From positions 8,984 through 72,983 of the forward strand of contig CAJWJK010000005.1 in the NCBI GenBank assembly GCA_913041535.1: a stretch of DNA of 64,000 bases. Direction: 5' to 3'. Below are positions 62,130 to 64,000 of this stretch, piece after piece. Source of the DNA: an uncultured Alphaproteobacteria bacterium. GTDB lineage: Bacteria; Pseudomonadota; Alphaproteobacteria; VGEJ01. The notes below the pieces were generated by a model. The model had not been told where the DNA came from. It searched no databases and worked only from the letters and a program-made list of their open reading frames with translations. The number at the start of each line of letters is the position of its first letter. Within the stretch, counting starts at the first letter, position 1. The translations under genes were made by a program, and so were the position numbers.

Positions 62130-63550
62130 AACGAGAAATTTTATGGAACGAAAAAGATGCTGCTAAAGCAACAGGCGGCATCTCAACGGCGCGCTTTGCA
62201 GCTACAGGCATTTCGATTGATAGCCGCAGTGTGACAAAAGGTGATCTCTTTGTGGCGCTTAGGGGTCCTAATCATGACGGACATGACTTCGTTTCGGATG
62301 CATTTCGTGGCGGAGCAGTTGCTGCACTAGTCGATAGCCAGTCTTACGGTATATCCAATGATAATTCGTTGCTTGTAGTTGACGATTCATTAGCTGGCTT
62401 GGAGGCGTTAGCAAAGGCGGCTCGTCAACGATCAGATGCGAGAGTTGTTGCAGTTACGGGAAGTGTTGGTAAAACCGGCACCAAACATGCTCTCCAATCG
62501 GCTCTTTCGGAGGTTGCTATGACGCATGCAAGTCCGAAGAGTTACAACAATAAGTGGGGCGTGTCGCTCAGCCTTGCGCGTATGCCTAGAAATACGTGCT
62601 ATGGGGTATTTGAAGTTGGTATGAATCGACCAGGAGAGATTACACCGTTAAGCCATATTTTGCAGCCGCATCTAGCAATAATAACTAACGTTGAGGCTGC
62701 ACATCTTGAATTCTTCAAGAATCTAGATGCTATTGCTGACGCCAAGGCTGAGGTGTTCGATGGACTTGAAGGTTTAGGCACCGCCATTCTTAATCGGGAC
62801 AATGCCCAATATGAGAATTTAGCGACAGCAGCTCGGAAAAAGGGAGTTTATCAAGTAGTTGATTTTGGTCAAGATCCCAAAAGCTGGGCCCGAATCAAGG
62901 ACTATGCCTTACACAGTAATTATAGCAGTGTATCGGCTAATGTAGATGGGGAAGATGTAACTTACCGGGTTGGCATTGCGGGTCGGCATTGGGTTTACAA
63001 CAGTGTAGCTGTTCTGGCAGCGGTGAAAGTTGTGGGTGCCGACCTACATTCCGCTATGGACTCTCTATCTGGTCTCAGCGCACTAAAGGGGCGAGGAAAT
63101 CATCATTTAGTAAACACTTCGGCAGGTGTTTTCGAAGTCATTGACGACAGTTATAACGCTAACCCTGCCTCAATGCGTGCTGCGTTTGAAACACTTGGTG
63201 AATCACAACCTGGTGCGGGAGGATTGAGAATCGCAGTGCTGGGAGACATGCGTGAACTAGGATTGGATTCCAGGAAGTTGCACCGTGATCTTGTCCCAGC
63301 GTTAACGTCGGTCGGCATTGATTTAGTTTTTTGTGCCGGCTCTCACATGCTGGACCTTTACGATGCACTGCCAGTAAACCTTCGTGGTCATCATGCAGCT
63401 AGTGCTGAGAAATTATTGCCAGCCGTGTTGGAAGGCATTCGTCCGGGTGATGTGGCTATGATCAAGGGTTCTTTGGTAATGCAGATGGGTGCAATCGTTG
63501 AGGCATTAATCAACCTTGATGAGCCTGCCCGCGCTTTGAACGGGAATTGA
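62126..63550 (+). CDS. murF: UDP-N-acetylmuramoyl-tripeptide--D-alanyl-D-alanine ligase
   Basis: Mur ligase family with P-loop GSVGKTGTK, following murE with an overlapping stop/start. Confidence 0.9.
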   Translation: MKREILWNEKDAAKATGGISTARFAATGISIDSRSVTKGDLFVALRGPNHDGHDFVSDAFRGGAVAALVDSQSYGISNDNSLLVVDDSLAGLEALAKAARQRSDARVVAVTGSVGKTGTKHALQSALSEVAMTHASPKSYNNKWGVSLSLARMPRNTCYGVFEVGMNRPGEITPLSHILQPHLAIITNVEAAHLEFFKNLDAIADAKAEVFDGLEGLGTAILNRDNAQYENLATAARKKGVYQVVDFGQDPKSWARIKDYALHSNYSSVSANVDGEDVTYRVGIAGRHWVYNSVAVLAAVKVVGADLHSAMDSLSGLSALKGRGNHHLVNTSAGVFEVIDDSYNANPASMRAAFETLGESQPGAGGLRIAVLGDMRELGLDSRKLHRDLVPALTSVGIDLVFCAGSHMLDLYDALPVNLRGHHAASAEKLLPAVLEGIRPGDVAMIKGSLVMQMGAIVEALINLDEPARALNGN

Positions 63551-63566
63551 AACAAGGCAAAGGATC

Positions 63567-64000
63567 ATGCTCTTTAATATACTAGCACCGTTAGCTGAGG
63601 AATTTGGACCGCTTAATCTATTTCGGTATATCACTTTCCGAACTGGTGGGGCGGTGATAACGGCGCTATTGGTATGCTTTCTCTTTGGTCCATTAATTAT
63701 TCGATTGTTGCGAGCACAGCAAAAAGCTGGTCAGCCTATTCGGGAGGATGGACCAAGACAGCACGTACTTAACAAACAGGGCACGCCGACGATGGGGGGA
63801 GTTCTCATCTTGTTGGGGCTTGGTTTGGGTACTTTTCTCTGGGCTGACTTGAGCAATCCATACGTCTGGGCAGCTTTATTGGTTACGTTGGGTTTCGGCG
63901 TTATTGGTTTTATTGATGATTATTTAAAGGTTACGCGGTCTCATCACCATGGCTTGCCTGCTTGGGTTAAGCTTGTCGCTGAGGTGGGTATCGCTGCTTG
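63567..64000 (+). CDS. mraY: Phospho-N-acetylmuramoyl-pentapeptide transferase, 5' partial (runs off the window)
   Basis: The N-terminus [29 protein letters not shown] is the MraY hallmark. Confidence 0.9.
   Translation, partial: MLFNILAPLAEEFGPLNLFRYITFRTGGAVITALLVCFLFGPLIIRLLRAQQKAGQPIREDGPRQHVLNKQGTPTMGGVLILLGLGLGTFLWADLSNPYVWAALLVTLGFGVIGFIDDYLKVTRSHHHGLPAWVKLVAEVGIAA

Overview
This window is a 64 kb stretch of alphaproteobacterial core chromosome at about 48-50% GC. Gene order and features (bL21 with a Lys/Arg-rich C-terminal tail, ffs-dnaX-ybaB-recR, a full dcw cluster, type A RNase P RNA) suggest a marine, SAR116/Rhodospirillales-like lineage, but this is not proven. It is densely coding, and I see no mobile elements, CRISPR arrays, tRNAs or rRNAs.

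Main blocks on the + strand coordinates:
- A partial methyltransferase and a ggt gene.
- A frameshifted PLP-dependent dehydratase gene.
- recR-ybaB-dnaX with the SRP RNA gene (ffs) just upstream of dnaX.
- nudC, pheA, kdsB, a cytochrome c gene and an IMPase-family gene.
- A yejA-yejA'-yejB-yejE-yejF peptide/microcin-type ABC importer with two tandem substrate-binding proteins.
- ghrA-like and pepA genes.
- A minus-strand operon: catalytically dead HtrA-like protein, mlaC (in-frame stop), Sel1-repeat protein, mlaA, gamma-CA-like gene, dgcN-like, dgcA-like and pgk.
- rplU-rpmA-obgE-proB-proA-nadD-rsfS-rlmH-gpmI, then acnA.
- A complete ccmABCDEFGHI cytochrome c maturation cluster, interrupted by an antisense PNPOx-like gene.
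- sucC-sucD-lpdA with no sucAB, two EamA transporters, a hypothetical protein, djlA, an ampD-like amidase and rnpB.
- The start of the division/cell-wall cluster, mraZ-rsmH-ftsL-ftsI-murE-murF-mraY.

The most interesting signals are: (1) five CCCAT motifs at exact 10-bp phase upstream of mraZ, likely an MraZ operator; (2) an in-frame TAA splitting mlaC; (3) a G5-run frameshift cutting off the N-terminus of a threonine-dehydratase-like gene; (4) an HtrA/DegP homolog with all three catalytic residues replaced; (5) a zero-frame A AAA AAG slippery heptamer in dnaX; (6) perfect tandem in-frame duplications in dnaX (24 bp) and ftsI (33 bp); (7) a DgcN/DgcA-like gene pair joined to gamma-CA and pgk; (8) sucCD-lpdA lacking sucAB.
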